This document shows positions 22,359 through 32,740 of a DNA stretch of 64,000 bases, in pieces. This DNA is from Candidatus Kaiserbacteria bacterium (GTDB lineage: Bacteria; Patescibacteriota; Minisyncoccia; Phycocordibacterales; Phycocordibacteraceae): the NCBI GenBank assembly GCA_016182485.1, contig JACPGH010000003.1:6331-70330 (forward strand), read 5' to 3'. The first letter of the stretch is position 1; the number at the start of each line of letters is the position of its first letter. The notes beneath the pieces are model-generated. The model was not told the origin of the DNA. It did no database searches and saw only the letters and a list, made by a program, of their open reading frames with translations. Made by a program: the position numbers and the translations under genes.

Positions 22359-22892
22359 ATGATCATCCATTTCATTACTGGAAGCAAGAACAAGCTCGCA
22401 GAAATGCAAGCGATTTTAGGCGATGTCGAGCAACTTGATATTGCTCTGCCAGAAATACAGGAAATAGACGCGCATAAGATAATCCGCGCCAAGCTGGAGG
22501 AAGCCCTCAAGCATAAAAAGGAAGCATTTATAGTAGAGGACACATCACTCTACTTCGACGCTCTCAACGGCCTCCCAGGCCCACTAATCAAGTGGTTTAT
22601 GAAGACTGTTGGTAATGATGGCCTCTTCAAAATGGCGGAATCCTTTGGGAACTACGGAGCTGAGGCGAAGACGATCATCGGCTATACCGATTGGTCTGGA
22701 GACATTCAATTCTTCGAAGGATCAGTGCGAGGCGCGATAGTCGCCCCACGAGGCGAGACTAATTTCGGCTGGGACCCCATCTTTCAGCCGGAAGGAAAAG
22801 ACAAGACTTTTGCCGAGCTAACGGCCGAAGAGAAGAATGCATTTAGCATGCGCAAGCTTGCCGCCGAGAAACTGAAAACACATTTATTATGA
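22359..22892 (+). CDS. rdgB: Non-canonical purine NTP pyrophosphatase (Ham1/ITPase)
   Basis: FITGSKNKL, VEDTSL, LPGPLIKWF, FGWDPIF. Confidence 0.92.
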   Translation: MIIHFITGSKNKLAEMQAILGDVEQLDIALPEIQEIDAHKIIRAKLEEALKHKKEAFIVEDTSLYFDALNGLPGPLIKWFMKTVGNDGLFKMAESFGNYGAEAKTIIGYTDWSGDIQFFEGSVRGAIVAPRGETNFGWDPIFQPEGKDKTFAELTAEEKNAFSMRKLAAEKLKTHLL

Positions 22893-23311
22893 CTATTATG
22901 ACGGACTACTCAAAATTCTTGGTCAAAGAATATACACACTGGCTAGTGAATGTGCACGAGAACCAGGGATACCTTGGCAGATGCATTGTATGGTGCAGGC
23001 GCGAGGATGCGCTTGATCTAGCAGACGCAACTGAGGCAGAGCAAAAGGAACTCATTACCATCCTCGGCGAAATACGAGAAGCTACGAAGCGAGCATTCCA
23101 GGCAGACTGGTTCAACTATGCGTTTCTCGGCAACGGCACACGACATCTCCATGGGCATTTCATCCCGCGTTACTCATCATCGCGAATGTTTGAAGGGATG
23201 ACTTTCATCGACGACCGATGGGGTCATAACTACAGAACCAATCACGATTTCGTTACGCCGCCCGAAGTATTGGATGCGGTAAGGGAAAAATTGAAAGCCG
23301 AGCTACAATAA
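22889..23311 (+). CDS. HIT family protein
   Basis: HLHGHFIPR histidine triad. Confidence 0.9.
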   Translation: MTIMTDYSKFLVKEYTHWLVNVHENQGYLGRCIVWCRREDALDLADATEAEQKELITILGEIREATKRAFQADWFNYAFLGNGTRHLHGHFIPRYSSSRMFEGMTFIDDRWGHNYRTNHDFVTPPEVLDAVREKLKAELQ

Positions 23312-23315
23312 ATTT

Positions 23316-23633
23316 ATGAGTCAACACAAAATTGTCGTCTATGTTCCTTTAACCAATACCGATTCCGTAAGGGAAGCTATTGGCACGGCTGGAGGCGGCA
23401 AACTAGGTAAGTATTCCTTTTGCAGCTTTTCAACGCGAGGCATTGGCAGATTTAAGCCTGAAGAAGGGGCGCATCCGCACATTGGGACAGTTGGAGAATT
23501 GGAACAGGTAGAAGAAGAACGAATCGAGGTCACTTGCGATTCTCGAGTTGTGGGGAATGTTCTTGCAGCGATCAAGCGGGTGCATCCATACGAAGAAGTC
23601 GCGATGGATGTATGGCAACTGGAGAGTTATTGA
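23316..23633 (+). CDS. YqfO/Nif3-type PII-like small protein
   Basis: KIVVYVP...GKYSFCSF...HPYEE. Confidence 0.85.
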   Translation: MSQHKIVVYVPLTNTDSVREAIGTAGGGKLGKYSFCSFSTRGIGRFKPEEGAHPHIGTVGELEQVEEERIEVTCDSRVVGNVLAAIKRVHPYEEVAMDVWQLESY

Positions 23634-23775
23634 TGGGGAGCGGAATCGAACTGGTGCAGTCTACTGTTTACACCAGTTCTTGAGTTCCCGTCCCGGTCGT
23701 GCAAGACGGGGGCAGGAACCCCCGTACTTTACTGATTATCAGATTCAAAGCTATACTTGGTACAACAGACGGGTT

Positions 23776-24396
23776 ATGAAAAAGAAGACACAAATACTTA
23801 TCATTCATGGCGGAATGACCTTCAAAAACGAGAAGGATTATCTGCATTTCTTGAAGAACAGAGAAATTTCTCTTAAAAAGAAGGTAAGTTGGGCTGGTGA
23901 CTATCTGGATAAAGAATTAGGAAGAGGACTTGAGATCATCAGGCCGCGCATGCCACTACAGGACAATGCGAAGTATAGAGATTGGAAGATTCATTTTGAG
24001 CGACATCTCCCGCATCTAAGGAGTAATGCCATTTTAGTTGGATCTTCATTGGGTGGTATTTTTCTCGCGAGGTACCTATCTGAAAATAAGTTACCTAAAA
24101 AAGCGTTGTCGATATATTTAATATGCCCACCTTTTGACAATTCCGTAAAAGGGGAAGATTTAGTTGGTGGCTTTACGCTTAAGTCTGACCTCTCCTTGCT
24201 TAAGAAAAATTCCAAGAACCTGCATCTGCTTTTTTCAAAGGATGATGAAACCGTGCCGGTCTCTCACGCCAAAAAATATAGGGGAAAGCTGAAAGACGCG
24301 CATATTGTTGTCTACAAAAGCAAGAACGGACACTTCAAGATATCCACATTTCCGGAAATCATAAAAATGATCAAGGAAGATGTTAAAGGATCATAA
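23776..24396 (+). CDS. Alpha/beta hydrolase (YdeN/RBBP9-like)
   Basis: IIHGG, GSSLGG nucleophile elbow, SKDD, NGHF. Confidence 0.85.
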   Translation: MKKKTQILIIHGGMTFKNEKDYLHFLKNREISLKKKVSWAGDYLDKELGRGLEIIRPRMPLQDNAKYRDWKIHFERHLPHLRSNAILVGSSLGGIFLARYLSENKLPKKALSIYLICPPFDNSVKGEDLVGGFTLKSDLSLLKKNSKNLHLLFSKDDETVPVSHAKKYRGKLKDAHIVVYKSKNGHFKISTFPEIIKMIKEDVKGS

Positions 24397-24401
24397 ATCC
24401 T

Positions 24402-24740
24402 ATGATCTCATACGATGATTTTGAGAAAGTAGATATCCGAGTCGGGAAGATTCTCGAAGTGCAGGATTTTCCTGAAGCGCGGAATCCGGCATTCAAGCTG
24501 AAGATAGATTTCGGCCCTGAGATCGGCACGAAATTATCTAGCGTGCAGGCGGTAGACGCACACACCAAAGAAGAGCTACAGGGAATTCTAGTCTGCTGCG
24601 TAGTCAACTTCCCGCCAAAAAAGATAGGCCCATTCGAATCCGAAGTCCTTACGCTCGGGTTCAAGAATACGGCAGGTATCGGATGGGTGCTCATCACGCC
24701 CGCCAAAGCGAGTGTCGAGATTGGCAGTAAGTTGCAATAA
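24402..24740 (+). CDS. csaA: CsaA-like tRNA-binding OB-fold protein
   Basis: DFEKVDIRVGKI...KLKIDFG...VVNFPPKKIGPFESEVLTLG. Confidence 0.9.
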   Translation: MISYDDFEKVDIRVGKILEVQDFPEARNPAFKLKIDFGPEIGTKLSSVQAVDAHTKEELQGILVCCVVNFPPKKIGPFESEVLTLGFKNTAGIGWVLITPAKASVEIGSKLQ

Positions 24741-24747
24741 ATCCAAT

Positions 24748-25317
24748 ATGGAAATCGGAATCTGGGGAGACAGCATTACCTACGGCGCGGGTGACACTAT
24801 GGCACTCGGATGGGTAGGGCGACTGCGAAAATTGCTTGAGAAGAACGAAGATATAAGTGTCTACAACTTTGGCGTGTGTGGAGATACGACTGACGATCTG
24901 GCCAAGCGCTTCCTGGTGGAGGCGGACTCTATTAAACCGAATGTCGTCATTTTCGCCATTGGAATAAACGACTCAAAATACTCCGTTGGTGAGACTGCAA
25001 GCGAGGTCCCACTCGAGAGCTACAAACAGAATATGCGAGAGCTCATAAAGCTCGCGAGAAAGTACACCGACAAAATTCATATCGTTGGGGCTACGAAAGT
25101 CGATGAAACTTCTATGCGGGAGAGCGGTACACGCTTTGTGAACGATACGATCCGGTCTTATAACAATTTCCTCAAAGAATTTTCTGAATCAGAAGGCCTA
25201 CTCTATGTAGATGTTTTCGATGCGCTTGATATACATACCGATTTAGATGATGGCCTGCATCCGAACGCACAGGGCTATGAGAAATTATTCAATATGATAC
25301 AAGAATTCGTAAAATGA
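24748..25317 (+). CDS. SGNH/GDSL hydrolase
   Basis: GDSIT, GIND, DGLHPN blocks. Confidence 0.92.
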   Translation: MEIGIWGDSITYGAGDTMALGWVGRLRKLLEKNEDISVYNFGVCGDTTDDLAKRFLVEADSIKPNVVIFAIGINDSKYSVGETASEVPLESYKQNMRELIKLARKYTDKIHIVGATKVDETSMRESGTRFVNDTIRSYNNFLKEFSESEGLLYVDVFDALDIHTDLDDGLHPNAQGYEKLFNMIQEFVK

Positions 25318-25346
25318 CGAGGGTCGGACATTAGTGCATAGCCCTA

Positions 25347-25375
25347 TTGACAGAAAAGATGGGGCATGCTATGAT
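25347..25375 (+). promoter_or_regulatory. Sigma70 promoter of cold-shock gene, with a ~90-nt 5' UTR
   Basis: TTGACA-17 nt-TATGAT with extended TG. Confidence 0.8.
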
Positions 25376-25473
25376 GGATTTCGTCAACCAGCGGCTGAGC
25401 CAGAGAAGTGGGCTCGAGCTTCAATTCCAGCTTACTGCATTGATACATTAGTCCAACCAAAATTCAATTGCAC

Positions 25474-25677
25474 ATGCAAGAAGGAACCATCGCTCGCCTC
25501 ACTGATAAGGGCTTCGGCTTTATCAAGGTGGCGGGCCAGGAGAAGGACCTTTTCTTCCATTCCAATGAGCTCGTCGGCGTTTCGTTCGACTCGCTTCAGG
25601 AAGGGGACAAGGTGACCTTCGAAGTCGCCGACAGCCCGAAGGGCCCGAACGCGATTAAGGTCAGCAAGGCCGCGTAA
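25474..25677 (+). CDS. Cold-shock protein
   Basis: KGFGFI (RNP1), DLFFH (RNP2), KGPNA. Confidence 0.95.
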   Translation: MQEGTIARLTDKGFGFIKVAGQEKDLFFHSNELVGVSFDSLQEGDKVTFEVADSPKGPNAIKVSKAA

Positions 25678-25688
25678 GCTGCCGATCC

Positions 25689-25718
25689 GCAAAAAAGCGC
25701 CCACGGGCGCTTTTTTGC
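25689..25718 (+). terminator. Intrinsic terminator
   Basis: gcaaaaaagcgccc-ac-gggcgcttttttgc. Confidence 0.85.
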
Positions 25719-25780
25719 ATCATGGAAGGGGATGGAGACTTCTGTGGAGTAGCATCCGACCGTGTTATAATTTAAATCAC

Positions 25781-27091
25781 GTGAATAGCAACGGTAAGCA
25801 GCACGGGTTGGATCGGTATGCATTCGAAAAGACCCGTTCAATTTTGAGATTATTCCGCAATGGAAGCAAGCGGGTTCCACAAGGCCGTACGCCAGGTAAG
25901 GTTAAAGTCGCCTTCATCCATGGCGAGAAACGGCTGGGTTCAGGCATTCGTACCGGTGCGGCGCAGATCAACCGGCTCATGGTAAGCGCACTTAATGAGC
26001 GCCGCGTGTTGGTGCGGAACTTCTATCCGCGCGTGCAGCTATTTGATACCCCCGCGCATATCAAAGGCATAGCGAATATTTTGTTCTTCTATTCTCTTCT
26101 GGAACACAAAAATGAGATGCTAAAGTACGATGTGATCCAAGGAACTACCTATACGCCGCTCCCGTTTCTTACGTTTGACGTGCCGGTCGTGTGCCATTTC
26201 GGGTCTACTGCCCGCGGTTATCTCGCTTCTACGCCGCGAACTTCCGAACTGCCGCCTCATGAACGGGCTGTTTACAAAGAATTCGTGCGGCTTGGCGTCA
26301 TTCCTGAATTTGATTATAAGACATTGCGTCCGATAGAAGACGTTGCCGACATCGAAGCTGTCGCCGCGCAACGCGCGGCAGCATGTGTCGCCACTTCTGC
26401 AAAAGTCAGGGATGAGCTTATCGCGGCAGGAGCACGTCCCGAGCGCATATGGCTCATCCACAATGCGATCGAGGATTATTGGTTCTATCCGCCGCGCGAA
26501 ACTGCGCCTCAGCAACCGCACCTCGTTTTCTTGGGGCGACTCGGTAATGACGTATTCACTCTTAAACTCAAGGGTCTTTCCAGGCTCGTTAATTTTTACA
26601 ACGCTTTTCCGGAGACGCCGAAAACTACCGTATGCATGACGACCAATCGCAAGCTAAAGGAATGGCTTCGCGTCGCGTTCCCCTTGCATTATATGTACGT
26701 CAATCTGCGAAAAGATCTTATCCCGGGAGCGCTGGCTCCATTGCGCGGAAGTATCTTATTCCTTTCTTCCCGATATGAAGGGTTTTCTCTCAGTCTGATA
26801 GAAGGCATGTCGCAGGGACTGGTTCCTGTTGCCTTCCCAGTTGGCGTAGCCGAGGAAATCATACGAGACGGAGAAAACGGCTTTCTGGTCTCATCTACGG
26901 AAGAAGCTATTGCGCGGACGGGATTACTACTGGCAGACGATGCGAGGCGCCTCGAAATGGCTAGGGCTGCCCAGCAAACCGCAGCGCAATTCAGGGCAGA
27001 ACGCATAGCTGAAGATCTGGAACGGCTCTATCTGGAACTAAAGCGAGAACGGCAAGAACAGCGCGATCGGATTCCATGTGAGGCGAACTGA
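25781..27091 (+). CDS. Glycosyltransferase family 4 (start uncertain)
   Basis: FLGRL, SRYEGFSLSLIEGM, EIIRDGENG; GTG start follows TATAAT. Confidence 0.85.
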   Translation: MNSNGKQHGLDRYAFEKTRSILRLFRNGSKRVPQGRTPGKVKVAFIHGEKRLGSGIRTGAAQINRLMVSALNERRVLVRNFYPRVQLFDTPAHIKGIANILFFYSLLEHKNEMLKYDVIQGTTYTPLPFLTFDVPVVCHFGSTARGYLASTPRTSELPPHERAVYKEFVRLGVIPEFDYKTLRPIEDVADIEAVAAQRAAACVATSAKVRDELIAAGARPERIWLIHNAIEDYWFYPPRETAPQQPHLVFLGRLGNDVFTLKLKGLSRLVNFYNAFPETPKTTVCMTTNRKLKEWLRVAFPLHYMYVNLRKDLIPGALAPLRGSILFLSSRYEGFSLSLIEGMSQGLVPVAFPVGVAEEIIRDGENGFLVSSTEEAIARTGLLLADDARRLEMARAAQQTAAQFRAERIAEDLERLYLELKRERQEQRDRIPCEAN

Positions 27092-27175
27092 TCGCATCTG
27101 CGACGCCGAATTGCGGGATCTCTGAGCGGCGCTCCCGTTAATGGAATCTCCCGGATAAACCATTACGCTTCTCCC

Positions 27176-28207
27176 ATGCGAATAGCGCAGATCGCGCCTT
27201 TGGCTGAACGGGTGCCGCCCAAGAAATACGGAGGGACCGAGCGAGTCATACATGCGCTTACGGAAGAACTGGTGCGGCGAGGGCATGACGTTACGCTATT
27301 CGCGAGCGGCGACTCATTAACATCGGCGAAGTTGCACTCGGTCTATCCGCGGGCCCTGCGCGAAGCGGGGGTGAAAGATATATACGGGATGAATAATTGG
27401 CTCCTGCTTTCTATCGGGGAGGCGTATGCGTCTGCCAGCGAATTCGACGTCATCCATGATCACTTGATGCCGCTCTCGCTCGCCACCGCCAATCTCTCTT
27501 CTGCTCCCGCGGTCGGTACGATACATGGCCCGATCACTCGCGACGTGCGCAGGTTAATGCAATCCCTGCGCAATCCCAATATTGTGACGATCTCGCAGGC
27601 GCAGCTTTTTGGTAGTGCCGATATAAATCACGCGGGAACGGTATACAACGGACTTCCTATGCAAGATTATCCTTGGAGCGCAGATGCGGACGAATATTTG
27701 CTTTTCGTCGGCCGCATTTCGATGGAGAAGGGCGTGCACAATGCCATCGAAGTGGCCGATCAGCTTGGTCTGCCCCTTATCATCGCCGCCAAGCTGGAGT
27801 CGGTCGATCGGCAGTACTACCGGCAATATGTCGAACCGCGCCTCTCCTCCCGCATTACGTGGGTGGGCGAAGTGGATGAACAGGAGCGCAATCGTCTCAT
27901 GAGCCGGGCGCGCTGTTTCTTGCATCCGGTCGAGTGGCGAGAACCCTTCGGGCTAACGCTTATAGAGGCTATGGCCTGCGGTTGTCCCGTAATCGCGTTC
28001 CGAAAAGGCTCTATCCCCGAGATCGTGAAAGACGGGGAAACCGGGTACGTCGTGGAAGATGTTGCTGAAATGGCGGCGGCGGCGGATACTATTGAAGCCA
28101 TTGATCGAAGTTACTGCCGAACGTATGCGCTCGAGAATTTCAGCGCGGCGCGGATGACTGACGGATACGAGGCGGTATATAGAAAAATTTTCGAGCAACA
28201 TGAATAA
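27176..28207 (+). CDS. Glycosyltransferase family 4
   Basis: PPKKYGGTE, FVGRISMEKG, EPFGLTLIEAMACG. Confidence 0.93.
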   Translation: MRIAQIAPLAERVPPKKYGGTERVIHALTEELVRRGHDVTLFASGDSLTSAKLHSVYPRALREAGVKDIYGMNNWLLLSIGEAYASASEFDVIHDHLMPLSLATANLSSAPAVGTIHGPITRDVRRLMQSLRNPNIVTISQAQLFGSADINHAGTVYNGLPMQDYPWSADADEYLLFVGRISMEKGVHNAIEVADQLGLPLIIAAKLESVDRQYYRQYVEPRLSSRITWVGEVDEQERNRLMSRARCFLHPVEWREPFGLTLIEAMACGCPVIAFRKGSIPEIVKDGETGYVVEDVAEMAAAADTIEAIDRSYCRTYALENFSAARMTDGYEAVYRKIFEQHE

Positions 28208-29450
28208 AGACGAATTGTGGGCGCTCGGCATTGCAAGCATCAAGAGCCTCGAGACGGACTGGGGCGTTCTCGCCTCGGGGCGGGGCGAACTTTTCGGATG
28301 CGTTTTTGGCAGAGATTCGCTCATCACGAGCCTTTCGCTGCTCAAGGTTTACAGAAAGACTGGCGATGCGTACTTCCTACAGCTGGTCAACAAGGTGCTT
28401 ATGCGGCTCGCGGAGCTGCAAGGGCGCGCCATCAACATCGAGAACGGGGAAGAGCCGGGCAAATGCATCCATGAATTCCGGCTGGATAAGCACGAGCATC
28501 TCACTCAGGCGCTCGAGCCCTGGCACGTCTCTTCGGACGGCTCGATGCGCAATTACGATTCCGTAGACGCGACGCCGCTCTTCCTCATGGCGCTCTATGA
28601 GTATCTCTCTGTTGCGCCGCCCTCCGAGGATGCCGCCCCGCTTCTGCGGGCGGCGCACCGCGCGCTCGCCTGGCTTACGGAGCACGGGGATTCCAATCGA
28701 GACGGCTTCATAGATTATCGATTCCATCCCGACCGGAAACACGGAGGCCTGCGGGTGCAGAGCTGGATGGACAGCAGTGAATCGCTGTTCTTCGAGATTC
28801 AGGAAGAAAAACCCGCATACGCGATCGCTCCCGTCGAAGTCCAGGCATACGCCTATGTGGCGCTTCTCGAGTGGGCCGATTACTTCTCTAAGGAAGCCCC
28901 TACATTCTCCCGGGACCTCTTGATGCGGGCGGGCAATCTCAAGCGGCGCTTCAACTCCGCCTTCGTTTTGCCGCATGGAAAATCGTTAACGCTCGCATTC
29001 GCCGTGGACGGGAACGGAAGAAGGCTCACTAGCGCGCGTTCTAGCATGGCTCACGTTCTCTGGGCCGTCAGACGCTCGGGTCAATCTGCACCGGACGGTA
29101 TCCTGGATGCCTCGCTCGTGCCGAAGCTTGTCAAAAGACTTCTCTCGCCGGACCTCTACGTGCCTTCGGCGGGCATTCGTACCTTGAGCTCGCGTTCCAG
29201 GCGGTTTAATCCGGTGAGCTACCACAACGGCTCCATATGGCCGCACGATACGGAACTGTTCGCAGCAGGCCTGGAGAACTACGGGTATCGAGAAGATGCC
29301 GAGCGGGTGCGGGCGGGCCTTTTGCGCTCATATCGGCATTTCAAGACTCCCATAGAACTCTTCGGATACCGGCGCGGATTTCGGGAATACGAGGCGAGCT
29401 GCCGCGTACAGGCTTGGAGCGCTGCCGCAATCCTTTCGGGACTGGCCTGA
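28200..29450 (+). CDS. Amylo-alpha-1,6-glucosidase / GDE C-terminal-like glycoside hydrolase
   Basis: FGRDSLI, EEPGKCIHE, DATPLF, WMDS, YHNGSIWPHD, QAWSAAA. Confidence 0.88.
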   Translation: MNKDELWALGIASIKSLETDWGVLASGRGELFGCVFGRDSLITSLSLLKVYRKTGDAYFLQLVNKVLMRLAELQGRAINIENGEEPGKCIHEFRLDKHEHLTQALEPWHVSSDGSMRNYDSVDATPLFLMALYEYLSVAPPSEDAAPLLRAAHRALAWLTEHGDSNRDGFIDYRFHPDRKHGGLRVQSWMDSSESLFFEIQEEKPAYAIAPVEVQAYAYVALLEWADYFSKEAPTFSRDLLMRAGNLKRRFNSAFVLPHGKSLTLAFAVDGNGRRLTSARSSMAHVLWAVRRSGQSAPDGILDASLVPKLVKRLLSPDLYVPSAGIRTLSSRSRRFNPVSYHNGSIWPHDTELFAAGLENYGYREDAERVRAGLLRSYRHFKTPIELFGYRRGFREYEASCRVQAWSAAAILSGLA

Positions 29451-29497
29451 AGCGGGAATTCACGCCAACTTTCCGGCTGGTCCGCCATGATGTACGC

Positions 29498-30331
29498 ATG
29501 TCGCGCGGCGAGGTGCGAATAGGGACGTCCGGGTGGATGTACAAAGATTGGGGTAAAGAATTCTATCCGTCCGGGATGAGGGAGGGTTTCCTGACGTATT
29601 TGGCAGGCGAATTCGACACGGTCGAGATAAACAATTCTTTCTACCATCTGCCGCTCATGAAGACCTTTTCGGCATGGAGGGCTCAAACTCCGGAGCATTT
29701 CCTGTTCGCCGTAAAATTATCGCGTTATATCACGCATAGGAATTTGCCGAGCGCGCGGCAGCCGCTTTTCCGCTTTCTCTCGCACGCGAAGCGGCTGGAG
29801 CATAAACTGGGGCCGATTCTGGTCCAACTCCCGCCCTGGAAGAAATTTTCCGAGGAATGGCTCGGCCGTTTCCTAACGGATGTACAGGCGGCTGCGCAGC
29901 GCGCGCGTATTTCTCCGAGATTCGCTCTTGAACCCAGGCACGCGAGCTGGCTTGAGAATATTGAAACCGTTCGCGAACGACTTCGAGAGGTAAACATAGC
30001 GCTCGCCCAGCACCAAACTGGGTTTGGTGCTGGGCTCGTCTTCCCGCATTCCGCAAAGATACCTTCCATTCCGCCGGACGAGGCAAACATAACCGCAGAT
30101 TTCGCCTATGTCCGTTTCCACGGCCCTTCCGAATTCGCCGCTTCCCGCTACGGGGAGAAGCGCTTAAAGCCGTGGGCGGAACGGATCAGCAAATGGCAGG
30201 AAAAGGGGGTTCAGATATTTTGCTATTTCAATAACGACGTGCATGGACATGCCGTCCATGACGCGCGCACGTTAAAGCAGCTTGTAGGCATCAGCGAGCC
30301 TCGCGCGAGAACTCTTTTTCAAGACGGGTAA
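29498..30331 (+). CDS. DUF72 family protein
   Basis: IGTSGW, VEINNSFY, LVQLPP, YVRFHG, YFNND. Confidence 0.92.
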   Translation: MSRGEVRIGTSGWMYKDWGKEFYPSGMREGFLTYLAGEFDTVEINNSFYHLPLMKTFSAWRAQTPEHFLFAVKLSRYITHRNLPSARQPLFRFLSHAKRLEHKLGPILVQLPPWKKFSEEWLGRFLTDVQAAAQRARISPRFALEPRHASWLENIETVRERLREVNIALAQHQTGFGAGLVFPHSAKIPSIPPDEANITADFAYVRFHGPSEFAASRYGEKRLKPWAERISKWQEKGVQIFCYFNNDVHGHAVHDARTLKQLVGISEPRARTLFQDG

Positions 30332-32138
30332 CGGCCTCCTTAAGGTCCACGCTTTGTGCAAGCATCGGCCGCATCAGGTCGCCTTTCTTCTTGAGCCTTT
30401 CCAAAATCGTTTTGATATTGAACTTCTTTGGCTCGAGGCCCTTCTTCACCTCCCGCCACTCTAGTGGCGTGGAAACAGTCGCGCCGGCGAAAGGGCGCAG
30501 AGAGTAGGGAGCCGCGACGGTTTGCCCATAGCGGTTTTGCAGGTAGTCGAGATATATCTTGTCTTTGCGTTTCTTGGGCGAACGCTCGATGCTCGTTATG
30601 TCGGGCAGTTTACGATGCGCCAGCCGCATGATTAGTTCCGCAAAATCTTTCACCGCCTCATAGGGATACCGCCCGCCGAGCGGCACGAGGATATGCAGTC
30701 CTGTTTTGCCGCTCGTTTTGGGGTAGGAGCGCGCGCCGGCTTTCGCAAGTAGGCGGTTGATTTCGCCTGCGACCGCGATCACGTCCTCGAACGGACGTCC
30801 GTTCGGATCGATATCGAATATCATGAAATCCGGCTTCTCGAGATTCCCGACCCGCGAACTCCACGGGTTGATCTCGATACAGCCGAGATTCGCCATGTAG
30901 AGAAGAGTTTCTTTGTTGTTACAGACTAGATACTCGATCTTTTTCCGGTTCGTATCCGACCAGATCTTTACGCTCTGCGCGAAAGGCGGCACCGCGCCCG
31001 ATATGTCTTTCTGGAAAAAACTCTTGCCCTGCCAGCCGTTCGGATGGCGGTTCAGGTTTTCGGGCCGGCCTTTAAGATAAGGCAGGATGGTCTCGGCCAG
31101 GCGGTCGTAATACTCGATAAGGTCGCCTTTGGTGTAGCCTTCTTCCGGCCAAAAAACTTTATCAAGATTGCTGAAGTGCGGGCTTTTTACTTTTTCTGCC
31201 GCCTCATTCCTCGGGAATTCTCGCACCACTTCCTCGGGCTTTTTATCAATGCGAAGGCCGGCGTATACGGGATGGCGCATGTACCCCTCCGGCGTCCATT
31301 CTGAAAACGCGCTTTCGATTACATATTTCGGGTTCACCCAAGTGATCGGGGAGTTGATCGGCACGCGCTCTTTGAGAGGCGCTGTATTCCGGACTGTTTT
31401 CGACAATGTAGCGTGGAGCTCGGCGAGTTCGCGGTCGGTAAAGCCGCCTCCCGAATGGCCGATATACCTGAGCCGCCCGTTCTCGTATGCGCCGAGCACG
31501 AGAGCGCCTAAGTGCTTGCGCGAGCCGCGCGGCTTCGTGAAGCCGATAATGACGGCTTCCTGTGTATTGAGATTCTTTACTTTGAGCCAGTCCCCGCCGC
31601 GAACTCCCTCGCGATAGGGACTTTTCGGATCCTTAGCCACCATGCCCTCGAGCCCGTGCGCGCGCATGAGGTCGAAGAATTTCTTGCCGTGGTTTTCGGC
31701 GTGTTCGCTAAAAAGCAGGTGTGCGTCGTGCGGCAATATCTCGCGCAGGCGCTTCTTGCGCTCGGAGAGCGGCTTCTGGCGCAGGTCCTCTCCGTCAAAA
31801 TAGAGCAAATCGAATACCGCGTATTGGAGTGGGGAGGGCACATGCTCATAGTCTTGCAGCGCGTGAAAGTCCGGTCTGCCATCCTTAAGCGCGATGATTT
31901 CTCCATCGAGCACGCAAGTATGACGGATCTTCTTAAGGGCTCCCGCGATCGGCGCATACCGTTTTGAGAAATCAATGCCGTGGCGCGAGTAGAGCCGTAC
32001 GGAACCGGACTCGATCTCGGCAATGGCGCGGTAGCCGTCCCATTTCGTTTCGAAGTACCAGCCGTCTTTATCGAACGGCTCGCGAACCAGGGTCGCGAGC
32101 ATCGGGCGCACGCGCCGCGGCATTTGCGCGCGCGTCAT
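30291..32138 (-). CDS. ligD: NHEJ DNA ligase D (ligase + primase-polymerase domains)
   Basis: ETKWDGYR, LDGEI, EGMVAK, WLKVK; POL domain SNLDKVFWP, FFQK, KTSGKTGLH, DYLQN. Confidence 0.95.
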   Translation of the reverse strand: MTRAQMPRRVRPMLATLVREPFDKDGWYFETKWDGYRAIAEIESGSVRLYSRHGIDFSKRYAPIAGALKKIRHTCVLDGEIIALKDGRPDFHALQDYEHVPSPLQYAVFDLLYFDGEDLRQKPLSERKKRLREILPHDAHLLFSEHAENHGKKFFDLMRAHGLEGMVAKDPKSPYREGVRGGDWLKVKNLNTQEAVIIGFTKPRGSRKHLGALVLGAYENGRLRYIGHSGGGFTDRELAELHATLSKTVRNTAPLKERVPINSPITWVNPKYVIESAFSEWTPEGYMRHPVYAGLRIDKKPEEVVREFPRNEAAEKVKSPHFSNLDKVFWPEEGYTKGDLIEYYDRLAETILPYLKGRPENLNRHPNGWQGKSFFQKDISGAVPPFAQSVKIWSDTNRKKIEYLVCNNKETLLYMANLGCIEINPWSSRVGNLEKPDFMIFDIDPNGRPFEDVIAVAGEINRLLAKAGARSYPKTSGKTGLHILVPLGGRYPYEAVKDFAELIMRLAHRKLPDITSIERSPKKRKDKIYLDYLQNRYGQTVAAPYSLRPFAGATVSTPLEWREVKKGLEPKKFNIKTILERLKKKGDLMRPMLAQSVDLKEAVTRLEKEFSREAR

Positions 32139-32722
32139 GGCCGCTTCGAGTCGCGCGGGAGCTTCTTGCCGGTCTTCACCGATTTCGTATCTTTTGTGAC
32201 GTCTTTCGCGCTCGCGTATTTGTCCTTTTCTTTGATCAAGAGCCAAGCATTGTCCTTCCCGCCCTTCTGATTTCGGATTTTCACGAGCGCGAAGCCGCCT
32301 TGGAGCTTTTTGCCGAGCAGGACGAATTTAAGCTCTCCTTCGCCGTACCCCTGTCTAAGCTTTTCGCGGCTCTCTTTCGGGTCGGCCGTTTCGCTCGAGG
32401 TATACAGCCCCTCGTCCCAGACTATGACGTCTCCCGCGCCGTACTCTCCCTCCGGAATGACGCCCTCGAAATCTTTGTATGAATACGGGTGGTCCTCGAC
32501 CTCCATCGCGAGCCGCTTGTCGGCCGGATTGAGCGACGGGCCTTTCGGCACGGCCCAGCTCTTCAGTACGCCGTCTAGCTCGAGGCGGAAATCGTAATGC
32601 AGGCGCGAAGCGTCGTGCTTCTGCACGACGAAATGAAGTGCTCCCGTCCGTGAAGCTTTTTGCGGTTTGGGTTCCGGTGTTTTAGAGAATTTGCGTTTCT
32701 TTTTATATTCAGCTAACGGCAT
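32135..32722 (-). CDS. Stand-alone LigD 3'-phosphoesterase domain
   Basis: FVVQKHDASRLHYDFRLE, SWAVPKGP, VEDHP, YGAG; ATGA-coupled to ligD. Confidence 0.93.
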   Translation of the reverse strand: MPLAEYKKKRKFSKTPEPKPQKASRTGALHFVVQKHDASRLHYDFRLELDGVLKSWAVPKGPSLNPADKRLAMEVEDHPYSYKDFEGVIPEGEYGAGDVIVWDEGLYTSSETADPKESREKLRQGYGEGELKFVLLGKKLQGGFALVKIRNQKGGKDNAWLLIKEKDKYASAKDVTKDTKSVKTGKKLPRDSKRP

Positions 32723-32740
32723 GCTCCTATTTTAGTGGCC

